Positions 8,887 through 18,271 of a stretch of 64,000 bases of DNA are shown here, piece by piece. Source of the stretch: Alphaproteobacteria bacterium (GTDB lineage Bacteria > Pseudomonadota > Alphaproteobacteria > Bin95). The stretch lies in contig OZ219785.1 in assembly GCA_964291285.2 (NCBI GenBank), positions 1,024,001-1,088,000 on the forward strand. The letters are read 5' to 3'. A program made the translations under genes and the position numbers. Positions within the stretch are counted from its first letter, which is position 1, and the number at the start of each line of letters is the position of its first letter. The notes below the pieces were generated by a model. It had not been told where the DNA came from. It did no database searches and saw nothing but the letters and a program-made list of their open reading frames with translations.

Positions 8887-11800
8887 TCAGTTCATCGTCA
8901 GGCGCCGCAGGTCGTGCCCGACAGCCAGCATTGCCGGCACGACGAACAGGATGAGCAGGGTCGCGGTGGCCAGGCCGGCCACGATGGTGAGCGCCACGGG
9001 GATCAGGAACTGCGCCTGCAGGCTGGTCTCGAAACAGAGCGGCAGCAGGCCGCTGATGGTGGTGAGCGAGGTCAGGATCACCGCGCGCAGGCGGTCGCAG
9101 GACCCGTCTTCTATGGCCTGCAGCGGCGGCTTGCCTTCCTGCTCGTGGTCGGTGATCGCCACGATGAGCACGATCGAATCGTTGATGACGATGCCGGAGA
9201 GCCCGATCATGCCGATGATCGACAGGACGGTGAGGTCGAAGCCGGTGAAGAAATGGCCGAGCGAGACGCCGATGAAGCCGAGCGGCACCACCGCCAGCAC
9301 CGCCAGCGGGCGGCTGTAGCTGCCGAAGATCCAGGCGAGCACCAGGAACATGCCGGCCAGACCGATCGCCGCGCCGACGCCCATGTCGGCGAAGGTCTCG
9401 GCCTGCTCTTCCGCCTTGCCCGCGAAACGCCATTCGAGGCCCGCATCCCCGGCGATCTCCGCCAGGCCGTCCCGCCGGAGCGCGGCGAGCACCACATTGT
9501 TGGTAGTGACGGTCTCGTCCACCTCCGCCGTCACCGAGACCTCGCGCCGGCCGCGCTCGCGGCGGATGACGTCGTAGCCGCTGGAGGGCGTCACGGTCAC
9601 CACGGCGCTCAGCGGCACCTCGGTCCCGTTCGGGCCGAACAGGTAGAGCGCGCCGAGCCCGCCCGGGTTCTCCTTCTGCCGGACCCTGACCTCGACCTCT
9701 TCGTCGTCCCTGGCGAAGCGCAGCGCGATGTCGCCCTCGAGCGCGCTGCGAAGCTGGCTGCCCGCCCGCGCGATGTCGAAGCCCATCGCCCGGCCCGCCG
9801 GCGTCACCCGAAGCTGCATTTCCCGGTTGCCGTAGGCGAGGTTGTCGCCGATGGCGCTCACGCCCGGATATGAAGCGAGAAGGGCCTTCACGCGCCCGGC
9901 CGCGGCCTTGAGGTCGTCGAGGCTGTCGCCGGACAGGCGCACATCGATTTCGCGCCCGGGCGGTCCGCCGGTCGCGGCGCGGATGGTCAGCGCATCGGCC
10001 CCGACGATCGGCCCGTTGCGATCCCGCCATGCCTGCACGAAGGCTTCGGTGCGCACGTCGCGCTTGTCGGAATCGACGAGTTGGACGACCACCGCGCCCA
10101 CCGTGTCGTCGCGCCGGTGGAGTCCCGACAGGGCCTGGTTGCGCTCGATGCCCTGGACGACGAGCGAGGTATGCACGAGGCCAGGGTCTCCGAAGTCCCC
10201 GGCGGTGGCGCGGGCGCCCCGCTCGATCTGAAGGAGCCGCTCGAGGGTCTCCTCGCCGGTCGTTCCCGGAACCATGCGGAGGTTCGCGAAGATGTTGTTC
10301 GGCTCGACCGAGGGGAAAAAGGTGAAGCCGATGCGCCCGCTGGCCGCAATGCCGAGACTGACGAGGAAGAAGCCGACCGCCAGCGCCAGCACCAGGTAGC
10401 GGTGGACGAGCGCGCGCCCGACCGTGCGCCGGAACGGACCCTCGCGGAACCGGCGGAAGCCTTCGTCGAACCCCCGGCGGAAGCGCGAGGCCCGGCCCTC
10501 CGCAGCGGCCGCGGTCGCGGCGAGCGAATGGCGCAGATGGCCGGGCAGCACCAGGAAGCACTCCACCAGGCTCGCCACCAGCGCCAGCACGACGATGATC
10601 GGGATTTCCCGGATGATCTGCCCGATAATGCCGCCGATCAGGATCAGCGGCAGGAAGGCGGCGATGGTGGTCAGGCTCGAGGAGAACACCGGGCCCGCCA
10701 TGCGCCGCGCGCCTTCCATGGCCGCGTCCAGAGGGTTGTCGCCCCGGCGCGCGCGGGTCTCGGCGTGCTCGGCCACCACGATGGCGTCGTCCACGACGAG
10801 GCCGATGGCGAGAATTGTTCCGAACAGGATGATCATGTTGATCGCGTGCCCGAACGCCCAGGCAAGCGCCATCGCGGCGAGCAGGGCGGCGGGGATGCCG
10901 GCGGCCACCCACAGCGCCGTGCGCGCGTTCAGGAACACGAACAGCACGACCAGCACGATGACAAGGCCGCCGATGCCGTTGCGGACCAGCAGGTCGATGC
11001 GCTGGTCGATCAGGTCCGCCGCCGCGTCGTAGCGGTTGACCGCGATGCCGGGAGGCAGGGTCGGCACGAAACCGTCCAGGAACCGGTCGGCGGCCTCGGC
11101 CGTTTCCAGCGCGTCGGCGGTCGTCGCCCGCTTGACGATGAGTTCCACCGCCGGGCGGCCGTCGAACCAGACCCGCGGCTGGTCCTCGTTCCAGGCTTCG
11201 CTCACCTCCGCAATCTCGCCCACCGTCAGCCTGCGCCCGTCCGGGAACGCCCGGACCTCGACCGCGGCGACCTCCTCGGCCGTGCGCGCAAGACCGAGCG
11301 AGCGCACCCGCGAGAGCGAGCGCCCGCCGGTGTCGCCCCCCGGTATGTCGCGCGAGGCGCCCGCGATCCGGCCCGATATTTCCGAGATCGGCAGGTCGAG
11401 GGCCAGCAGGTCCTGCTGGTCCGCCTCGACCAGGATCCACTCGTCGCGCGCCCCGACCATCTCCACTTCATCGACCCCGGCGCGGATCAGCCCGTCGCGC
11501 ATCCGGGTCGCCCATGCCTTGAGCGTGCGCTCCGGCAGGTCTCCGGCCAGCACGATGCGCAGCAGGTTCTCGTAGCGCACCACGCGCCGTATCCAGGGCG
11601 TCTCGCTGTCCTCGGGCAGGGTCGCGACCCGGGACACGGCCGCCTCCACATCCGCCAGCGCCGCCTGCATGTCGGTCCCGGCCTCGAAAACGATCCGTAT
11701 GTTTGCGAGACCCTCCTGGGAGTTGGAAACGACCCGCTTCACCCGGTCGAGGAAGCGGACCTCGGGCTCGATCGCCTGGACGATGGCATTGTCCACATCC

Positions 11801-11964
11801 TCCGCGCCAGCGCCGGGCCATGTCACGGAGACGAGGACCGCGTCGATGCCGAAATCGGGGAAGAACTGCTTGTTCATCCGCCCGAGCGCCAGCAGCCCGA
11901 CCACCAGCATGGCCGCCATCACCAGGTTCGCCGCCGTCGGGTGGCGCGCGAAAAGCGCGATCAA
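8887..11964 (-). CDS. RND efflux transporter permease (AcrB/AcrD/AcrF family)
   Basis: ARHPTAANL N-terminus, GLVVDDAIVVAE, GIVINDSIV, RLRAVILTSLTT; probable TTG start at 11964. Confidence 0.93.
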   Translation of the reverse strand: MIALFARHPTAANLVMAAMLVVGLLALGRMNKQFFPDFGIDAVLVSVTWPGAGAEDVDNAIVQAIEPEVRFLDRVKRVVSNSQEGLANIRIVFEAGTDMQAALADVEAAVSRVATLPEDSETPWIRRVVRYENLLRIVLAGDLPERTLKAWATRMRDGLIRAGVDEVEMVGARDEWILVEADQQDLLALDLPISEISGRIAGASRDIPGGDTGGRSLSRVRSLGLARTAEEVAAVEVRAFPDGRRLTVGEIAEVSEAWNEDQPRVWFDGRPAVELIVKRATTADALETAEAADRFLDGFVPTLPPGIAVNRYDAAADLIDQRIDLLVRNGIGGLVIVLVVLFVFLNARTALWVAAGIPAALLAAMALAWAFGHAINMIILFGTILAIGLVVDDAIVVAEHAETRARRGDNPLDAAMEGARRMAGPVFSSSLTTIAAFLPLILIGGIIGQIIREIPIIVVLALVASLVECFLVLPGHLRHSLAATAAAAEGRASRFRRGFDEGFRRFREGPFRRTVGRALVHRYLVLALAVGFFLVSLGIAASGRIGFTFFPSVEPNNIFANLRMVPGTTGEETLERLLQIERGARATAGDFGDPGLVHTSLVVQGIERNQALSGLHRRDDTVGAVVVQLVDSDKRDVRTEAFVQAWRDRNGPIVGADALTIRAATGGPPGREIDVRLSGDSLDDLKAAAGRVKALLASYPGVSAIGDNLAYGNREMQLRVTPAGRAMGFDIARAGSQLRSALEGDIALRFARDDEEVEVRVRQKENPGGLGALYLFGPNGTEVPLSAVVTVTPSSGYDVIRRERGRREVSVTAEVDETVTTNNVVLAALRRDGLAEIAGDAGLEWRFAGKAEEQAETFADMGVGAAIGLAGMFLVLAWIFGSYSRPLAVLAVVPLGFIGVSLGHFFTGFDLTVLSIIGMIGLSGIVINDSIVLIVAITDHEQEGKPPLQAIEDGSCDRLRAVILTSLTTISGLLPLCFETSLQAQFLIPVALTIVAGLATATLLILFVVPAMLAVGHDLRRLTMN

Positions 11965-12045
11965 GGGACGGTGACCCTGACGCCGGGGGCGATCTCCGGG
12001 ACGCGCATCAGCACGATGCGCTGGCCGTTCCCCAGCGGCCTCTGC
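11961..12045 (-). pseudogene. C-terminal remnant of RND periplasmic adaptor (MFP)
   Basis: Reads PLGNGQRIVLMRVPEIAPGVRVTVP*, resembling MFP C-termini; its TGA overlaps the RND TTG. Confidence 0.5.
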
Positions 12046-12238
12046 TCCGGCGTCCTCCGGGCGGCCATCGGCGCCAATGCAGTAAACCCCCTCGCCCTCG
12101 AAAACGAAGGACTTTATGAGTATTGCCAACTACTATACGAAGTATAGCTGATTGTTCTAGCCGTTGCGGGTGACTCCCCGAGTCCAAAGGGGCGTTGGTC
12201 GGGTCGGGGCCCGCTTGAGGGTAAAATTGAGGCAGGCC

Positions 12239-13285
12239 ATGGACATCTCTCCAGCAATCGTCGTCAGTTCCGGACGCTGCGGTTCGACCATGCTGTCCGA
12301 TGTCCTGAACTCGCATCCGGACATTCTCAGCATATCCGAGTTGTTTATCTTGCAGGGTCGCGCCCTGTTTCACTTCCGGCGCCTGACCGGCAACGAGATG
12401 TGGAGCATCGTCAGCAGGCAGACGAGGGCGCAGCGCCGGCAACTCGGCAGCCACTCCGAAGCGCTCTTGTACCCGGTCGGCACCCCGCGCGGCCGCTATG
12501 CCGGCGCGGAGATACCCCCCATTTCGTGGGTCACGCTTCCGCATATCACCGACCGGCCCGACGACCTTCTCGACGAGCTCGAGCCGGTGATCCGCTCGCA
12601 GCCGCGCCAATATGCGGCCGATCATTACCGGGCGATGTTCGCGTGGCTGAGCCGGAAGTTCGACCGAAAGGTCTGGGTGGAGCGCTCGGGCGGGGCCGGG
12701 ATGTATGCGCCCAGACTGGCGCAAATGTTTCCCGAGGCGAAGTTCATCCATCTCTACCGCGACGGGCGCGATACCGCCATGTCGATGAAGAAGCACCCCG
12801 TGTTCCGCGAAGCCATGCGCTACATTGTGACCATGAGGGAGTATGGCGTGGATGCGCTGAAACCGATGACAGGGGTCTCGGGACATGCGTTCCGGGACTG
12901 GGCGATGCTGCGCACCCAGCTTCTCGTGTATGTCGTCTTTCTGTTCAGCAGAACCAGAGACCGGGAATTCACGCTTGCCGAATTCGGGAAATTCTGGTCG
13001 GACATAGTCGACTTGGCGGACCGGTTTCTCGACACGCTTCCGCCGGAAAAGGTGCTGCGTGTGCGGTTCGAGGACATGCAGAGCGAACCGGAGAAGGAGA
13101 TTGCGCGCCTCGCGCGGTTTCTCGATCCGTCTCTCGAAGATCCGGAATGGGTGAAGGAGGCGGCGCGGATCCCCCGCCCGACACCCTCGAAGCTGGGAGA
13201 CCTCATTCCCGCCGAGCGCGCCGCCTTGACCGAATCCTGCCGGTCAAGCCTCGAACGCCTCGGTTACGATCTCAGGGAATCATGA
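12239..13285 (+). CDS. PAPS-dependent sulfotransferase (348 aa)
   Basis: 5'-PSB motif SSGRCGSTML, KVWVERSGG, 3'-PB motif HLYRDGRDTAMS, VRFEDM. Confidence 0.9.
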   Translation: MDISPAIVVSSGRCGSTMLSDVLNSHPDILSISELFILQGRALFHFRRLTGNEMWSIVSRQTRAQRRQLGSHSEALLYPVGTPRGRYAGAEIPPISWVTLPHITDRPDDLLDELEPVIRSQPRQYAADHYRAMFAWLSRKFDRKVWVERSGGAGMYAPRLAQMFPEAKFIHLYRDGRDTAMSMKKHPVFREAMRYIVTMREYGVDALKPMTGVSGHAFRDWAMLRTQLLVYVVFLFSRTRDREFTLAEFGKFWSDIVDLADRFLDTLPPEKVLRVRFEDMQSEPEKEIARLARFLDPSLEDPEWVKEAARIPRPTPSKLGDLIPAERAALTESCRSSLERLGYDLRES

Positions 13286-15729
13286 ACCGGTCCCGCACAG
13301 CCGGGACCGGCCTGAGAGGCGCGCTTCCGTTTTCAATCACGCTGCTGCTTGTGCCTTTGGTTATAGCCATGGCGCTGGACTTGCTGCCCGACTTCATTCC
13401 ATGGGTCGTTCCATGGATTATCTTGCCGCTTATTCCCTATATCAAAATTGTGGAAACATTATGCAAGAACGATGTCCCGAACCTGGATCGCAACACGCCG
13501 GAGTCCCGGGTATTCTGGCATATGGCCATTCTCGTTTTATGGGCAGTACTTTATCCTCTGTTGGTGATCTTCATACTTTGGGCCGTATGCAACTTACCGA
13601 CCCTGCTGCTCTACGAACGCCTTGTTCTGCTCGTATTTTGCGGAATGCTCGGCAGACTCGTAACCATAACGTCGCATGACCTGATCCACAGGCCGAAACT
13701 ATGGATGCGGCGGCTGGCGGAATTCACGATGGGCGCAATCGCCATGCCGCACATGTACACGGAACATGTTTATATGCATCATCCGAATGTCGCAACGCCG
13801 CGGGACAGGGAGTCCGCGCGACTTGGGCAAAGCTATTACAATTACTTCTTTACCGGACTTCCCTATGTCTATGCGGAGGCGATTCGTGTCCAGCATCGCC
13901 GGTTGGCCCGCCGCGGTCTGTCGTTCTGGCACAAGTCGAATCCGGTCTGGCTATGGGCCGCCATGTGGGCCGCCTGGCCCGCCCTGGCGCTTGCTATCGG
14001 AGGATGGCTGGGGCTCGCCGCCTGGGCGTTTATTGCCTTGTTCGCAGCCTGGGGGATCAGAGCCGTCGATTATATGCAACATTACGGTTTGCAGCGTGTC
14101 CTGAGGCCGAACGGCAAGTACGAACGGATCCAGCCGCATCATTCCTGGAATCATTCCAGTGCTTCGAACTATCTGTATTTCTCCATACAGCGGCACTCGG
14201 ATCATCACGACAAGCCGACCAGGCCGTACCCATTGCTTCACGGCCTCCCCGAAGACAAGGCCCCCAGCCTTCCATCGCATTACGGCTCGATGATGACCTT
14301 GCTTCTCTTTCCATCGGCCTGGTTCCGGAAAATGAACCCGATTGTCGAAGAGTGGCGGCGCAAATTTTATCCCGATATCAAGGATTGGCGGGCGCTCTCC
14401 AGCAAAGCCTACCGCCACCGGCCCGAGTCGCTCCCCTTGATTTCGGAGGTTATTCAGGGCGCGCCATGTCTGGCAAGATATATGGAGGTCTGTTATCCGC
14501 TGATCGACAGCGTTGCCAGCCGACAATTTCAGCAGATTACCGTTCCCGACAATATAGGCATGGAGCCTGACGAGTTGCTCTTTGCCCAGAGGGGGTTGCT
14601 GCGGCTCTATTACGGTCATGAGTTCGGCTGCAGCGAAATGATTGAAGATATGGACCTTTCAGAAACGGATATGGCCGAGGAAGTCGCCGAAAATGCGCAA
14701 ATCTGGTGCAACGACCAGGCCTTCCAGATCGGCGTAAGGATGATGCGGGGACATGTTTTGGGGCAGGACGCCGGCCGGCCGCTCTCCAACATGGCCGACG
14801 CGGCGATAACCCTGCTGGCGCGGGCCGTTCTCGACGAATTCGTTGCCCATCGAGGCCCGGTTCCCGGCTACGGCATCGCCTTTGTGGCCCTTGGCAGGCT
14901 CGGAGAACGCCGGATGACCTTCGAATCGGAAGTCGAGATCATCGCTTTGGCGGATGGCGCATCGGACATCGAAGGCAGCGGATTCGTTCTGGAGGACAGT
15001 GCCGGCGAGTTCTGCAGGAGGTTCAACAAGGTCGCGGCGCAGTGGTCGGCCAACAACATGCTGGTCAAGTCCGTCCATATGCGGGCCCCGGGCAGCGCGG
15101 CCGACAATGTTACCGGTGCGCTGGAGCGCTTTGCGAACGGCGCCGGGAAACCGGATGCGGATTTTCTGCGGGAAGCGGCGTCGGCGAGGATCGTGTGCGT
15201 GGCCGGCGACCGCCCCGACAAGTTCGCCGAACGGTTCGAGGAAGCCAGGCGGTCCCTCCTCCTCCGGCAGGCTCCGCCGGCCGCCGATAGTCTTCACCCC
15301 GTCCCGGACGAGGAAGGCGAGCGGTTGCTCCCGGCGATTCTGGAAGGCCTGGGCGGTCTGGGCGATCTCGAACGGACCGCGCTCGGGTTGCGTCTGCAAT
15401 ATGGCGAGAGCCATCCGGATATGGCAGGTGGGGATGGACCGGCGGCTGTACTGAAGAAAGCCGGAGAGGTCGGAATTCTCGAATCGCAGACTGCGGAGGA
15501 ACTTGCCGGGGCAGCGGGTTTCCTGCTGGGCGTGGAGTGTGTCCTGTCGCTGGTGAACGGCGGACAGGCCGGCGAGGCGCATTGGGAGGATGCGGTCAAG
15601 GCCACCGTGGCCCGGGCCTGCGACGCCCGGGATTTCGAGGAGGTCGTTGCGAAGGCAAAGGACGCGGCCGCCCGCATCGCTGCATATCCGGTTGCGGAAC
15701 AGGAGCCAGGCGACGGCACCGAGCGGTAA
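13282..15729 (+). CDS. AlkB-type membrane diiron hydroxylase/desaturase fused to a C-terminal GlnE-like nucleotidyltransferase domain (815 aa)
   Basis: His boxes HDLIH, EHVYMHH, DYMQHYG, IQRHSDHH; C-terminal ALGRLGERRMTFESEVEI and GGLGDLE resemble the GlnE adenylyltransferase domain; ATGA overlap with the sulfotransferase. Confidence 0.82.
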   Translation: MNRSRTAGTGLRGALPFSITLLLVPLVIAMALDLLPDFIPWVVPWIILPLIPYIKIVETLCKNDVPNLDRNTPESRVFWHMAILVLWAVLYPLLVIFILWAVCNLPTLLLYERLVLLVFCGMLGRLVTITSHDLIHRPKLWMRRLAEFTMGAIAMPHMYTEHVYMHHPNVATPRDRESARLGQSYYNYFFTGLPYVYAEAIRVQHRRLARRGLSFWHKSNPVWLWAAMWAAWPALALAIGGWLGLAAWAFIALFAAWGIRAVDYMQHYGLQRVLRPNGKYERIQPHHSWNHSSASNYLYFSIQRHSDHHDKPTRPYPLLHGLPEDKAPSLPSHYGSMMTLLLFPSAWFRKMNPIVEEWRRKFYPDIKDWRALSSKAYRHRPESLPLISEVIQGAPCLARYMEVCYPLIDSVASRQFQQITVPDNIGMEPDELLFAQRGLLRLYYGHEFGCSEMIEDMDLSETDMAEEVAENAQIWCNDQAFQIGVRMMRGHVLGQDAGRPLSNMADAAITLLARAVLDEFVAHRGPVPGYGIAFVALGRLGERRMTFESEVEIIALADGASDIEGSGFVLEDSAGEFCRRFNKVAAQWSANNMLVKSVHMRAPGSAADNVTGALERFANGAGKPDADFLREAASARIVCVAGDRPDKFAERFEEARRSLLLRQAPPAADSLHPVPDEEGERLLPAILEGLGGLGDLERTALGLRLQYGESHPDMAGGDGPAAVLKKAGEVGILESQTAEELAGAAGFLLGVECVLSLVNGGQAGEAHWEDAVKATVARACDARDFEEVVAKAKDAAARIAAYPVAEQEPGDGTER

Positions 15730-15850
15730 CGGTGAAATGCCCCGCTTGCCTCGACTGCTGTCAGGCTCCGCATCCGTACCCTTCGGGGTCCGGCGCGGTC
15801 AACCCGTTCATGGCGCGGGTCCGGGTCCCAGGCGGCGTGCCGGGCGACGG

Positions 15851-18271
15851 CTACGGCCCCGGCAGGAGCGTCAGCACCCCCGCCGCCTCCTGCAAGGCCT
15901 CGGCGCGGGTTCGGGGAATGCGCATATAGTCGCCGTCCCGCCACCGGCGGGTCGTGTTGTCGTAGCGCCAGGACAGGAAATTGCCGCTGGCGCCGGTTCC
16001 GACGGAGAACACGGAGTTCGAGAGATCGGACAGGTCGTAAACCGCGCGGTAGCCGGAGCCGTGGTTGGCGGCGAAGGGCGCCTCCTTATTGGCGACGTTG
16101 TGCCGCCCGCGATTGACGGTGAAGCCGCCGCCTCCCGTCTCGATGCGGATATCCGCCAACCGCTTCAGGACCGGTATGCGGCCGAGCAGGACATGGCCGA
16201 ATACGGCCCGGTGCGCCTCGCCCCAATGCCAGTCCTCCATGTCGTCTCCGTAGCGGCGCGCCAGATCGTCGAGAGCGCGTGAAAGAGCGGCGGCGACGGT
16301 CTGGCCGCACGTCTCGACGGGCGTCGTCGTCACATCGTCGCACCATGCCCGGCGGTTTTTCAGCATGTGGGCGACAGTGCCCGGCCGGAGGCCGAAAAAG
16401 GGCTGGAAGAGGTCGCCGAGTTCGTCGGCGTAGAGACCGCGGTTCACTTCTGCGAGCCAGGCCGCAAATATCAACGGCGCCGCCGATGCGCGCGCCATAC
16501 GCAGGTCCCAGCCGCGCAGCAGGGACAATGCGCGTTTCCCGTTTTCGTCCATCCCGGCGGGTTCGGCGAGCATCAGAAACAGGGGGACGAGGTCAGCCGC
16601 AGCGCCGGAGAACTCGTCGTGCTGCAGCGCCGTTTCCGTTGCAACCGTGCGCGGAGCGACCTGCTCCATGTGCGCCTTGATCCGGTCCGCCCGGTATGGC
16701 GGCGGCCAGCGGCGGGCGAGGAACCACGGATGGTCGGCAGGGACGATGCGTTGATTGGCATGCACGAGCAGGCCCGACGGCGGGTTGAAGGCGCGCGGAA
16801 GCGCATCGTGCGGCACGAACCCGGTCCAGTCCCCTTCGCCGGTCCAGCCGGCCGAAGGCAGCCAGCCGTCGCCGGCGCTGCGTATCGGAACCCGCCCCGG
16901 CGACAGGAAGCCGATATTCCCATCTATGTCGGCATAGGTGATGCTGACATGAGGAGAATGGAAATTCTCCAGGGCGGACGTGAATCCGGCCCAGTTCTGT
17001 GCCCGGTTCAACCTGAGAAAGGCGAGAATTGTCATGTCATCGTCGCGCAGAAGCGTCGAAGAGAATGCGACGACATGGTCCCGCTTCCCGGGATATTGCC
17101 CATCGAGGGCGGCGAAGTCGGGCGCGAGGTCGGAAACCACCGGGCCGTGGCGCGTTTCCCGGACGACCAGCTCCACGGGTTCCCGCCCCTTCACGGCAAG
17201 GGTTTCGATCCGCTCATCGAATGGCCGTGATCCGCCGGGCGCGTCGTAACGGCCCGGCTCGCCTTCGCTTATGCGCTCTATGAAGAAATCCTGAAAGTCG
17301 CTGCCTGCATTGGTTACGCCCCACGCAATGGCGTCGTTATGGCCCAGAACGAAAACGGGTCCGCCCGGAACCGTTGCGCCTGCCAGGCTAAGGCCCGGCG
17401 CTTCCATGCGCGCGAGATACCAGAGTCCGGGCGCTGTCAGCGCCAGATGGGGATCGCTGGCCAGCATGGGGAGGCCGCTTGCCGTCCTGCTGCCCGCAAC
17501 TGCCCACGCATTGGACGCCTGTGACTCTGATTGCGAGCCGCCGGACATGGCCCTCCACAGGGATTTCCATTGGGCGGCAACGGGCGTGTGTCCCGCAATC
17601 CCGCGACCGGCGCCGGACAAGTCGCCATCGACGTCCTCGGGGAACAGGTCGGAGAGTTGCGCGGGGGACAATCTTGCCGCAAGCGCGCCTCGAAGGGCTT
17701 CACTCTCCCACTCCCAAACCAGGTTGGCCAGTTTGACGCCGCTCCGCGCCAGCGAATCCTTCGGCCGCCACGGTTTCGGTTCGTAGCCGAGCAGGACGAA
17801 TTCGGGCGGCAGCGCGCCGGGCCGCGTTGCCAGCCAGGCGTTGATGCCGGCGGAATAGGCCTTCAGAACCCCGACCGCATCTTCCGGCAGGCGCGAGAGA
17901 ATCCGCTCCGCATTCCGTTCCGTCCCGAGCGTTCGCGCCATGCGGTCTATGGAGAGCGTTCGCTCGCCGACGACTTCGGAAAGCGTTCCGCTGCCAATCC
18001 GGCGCGCGAAGTCCATCTGGAACATCCGGTCGCGCGCATGCACGTATCCAAGAAGGAAATAGGCATCGTCGACCGTCGCCGCCCGGATATGGGGAATGCC
18101 GTTGGCGTCGTAGATCACTTCTCCCCGCTGCTGGAGGCCGGGAAGCCGGATCTCGCCGTCGAGCCGCGGCAGCGATGTGCGCAGCCAGAACCAGCCCGCC
18201 GCGCCTGCAAGGAGGATCGCGGCGGCGAATGCCACCGGCAGAGCGATCCACAGTTTCGTCCTCCGTCTCAT
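15851..18271 (-). CDS. Penicillin acylase / AHL acylase family Ntn hydrolase
   Basis: N-terminal TM, GIPHI, GYVHARDRMFQMD, beta-subunit start SNAWAV, DPHL. Confidence 0.93.
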   Translation of the reverse strand: MRRRTKLWIALPVAFAAAILLAGAAGWFWLRTSLPRLDGEIRLPGLQQRGEVIYDANGIPHIRAATVDDAYFLLGYVHARDRMFQMDFARRIGSGTLSEVVGERTLSIDRMARTLGTERNAERILSRLPEDAVGVLKAYSAGINAWLATRPGALPPEFVLLGYEPKPWRPKDSLARSGVKLANLVWEWESEALRGALAARLSPAQLSDLFPEDVDGDLSGAGRGIAGHTPVAAQWKSLWRAMSGGSQSESQASNAWAVAGSRTASGLPMLASDPHLALTAPGLWYLARMEAPGLSLAGATVPGGPVFVLGHNDAIAWGVTNAGSDFQDFFIERISEGEPGRYDAPGGSRPFDERIETLAVKGREPVELVVRETRHGPVVSDLAPDFAALDGQYPGKRDHVVAFSSTLLRDDDMTILAFLRLNRAQNWAGFTSALENFHSPHVSITYADIDGNIGFLSPGRVPIRSAGDGWLPSAGWTGEGDWTGFVPHDALPRAFNPPSGLLVHANQRIVPADHPWFLARRWPPPYRADRIKAHMEQVAPRTVATETALQHDEFSGAAADLVPLFLMLAEPAGMDENGKRALSLLRGWDLRMARASAAPLIFAAWLAEVNRGLYADELGDLFQPFFGLRPGTVAHMLKNRRAWCDDVTTTPVETCGQTVAAALSRALDDLARRYGDDMEDWHWGEAHRAVFGHVLLGRIPVLKRLADIRIETGGGGFTVNRGRHNVANKEAPFAANHGSGYRAVYDLSDLSNSVFSVGTGASGNFLSWRYDNTTRRWRDGDYMRIPRTRAEALQEAAGVLTLLPGP

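Noticed and set aside
12400-13281. Apparent 294-aa N-terminal extension making the AlkB ORF 1109 aa
   Set aside because: Off-frame read of the sulfotransferase; real start is ATG 13282, so there is no sulfotransferase-AlkB fusion
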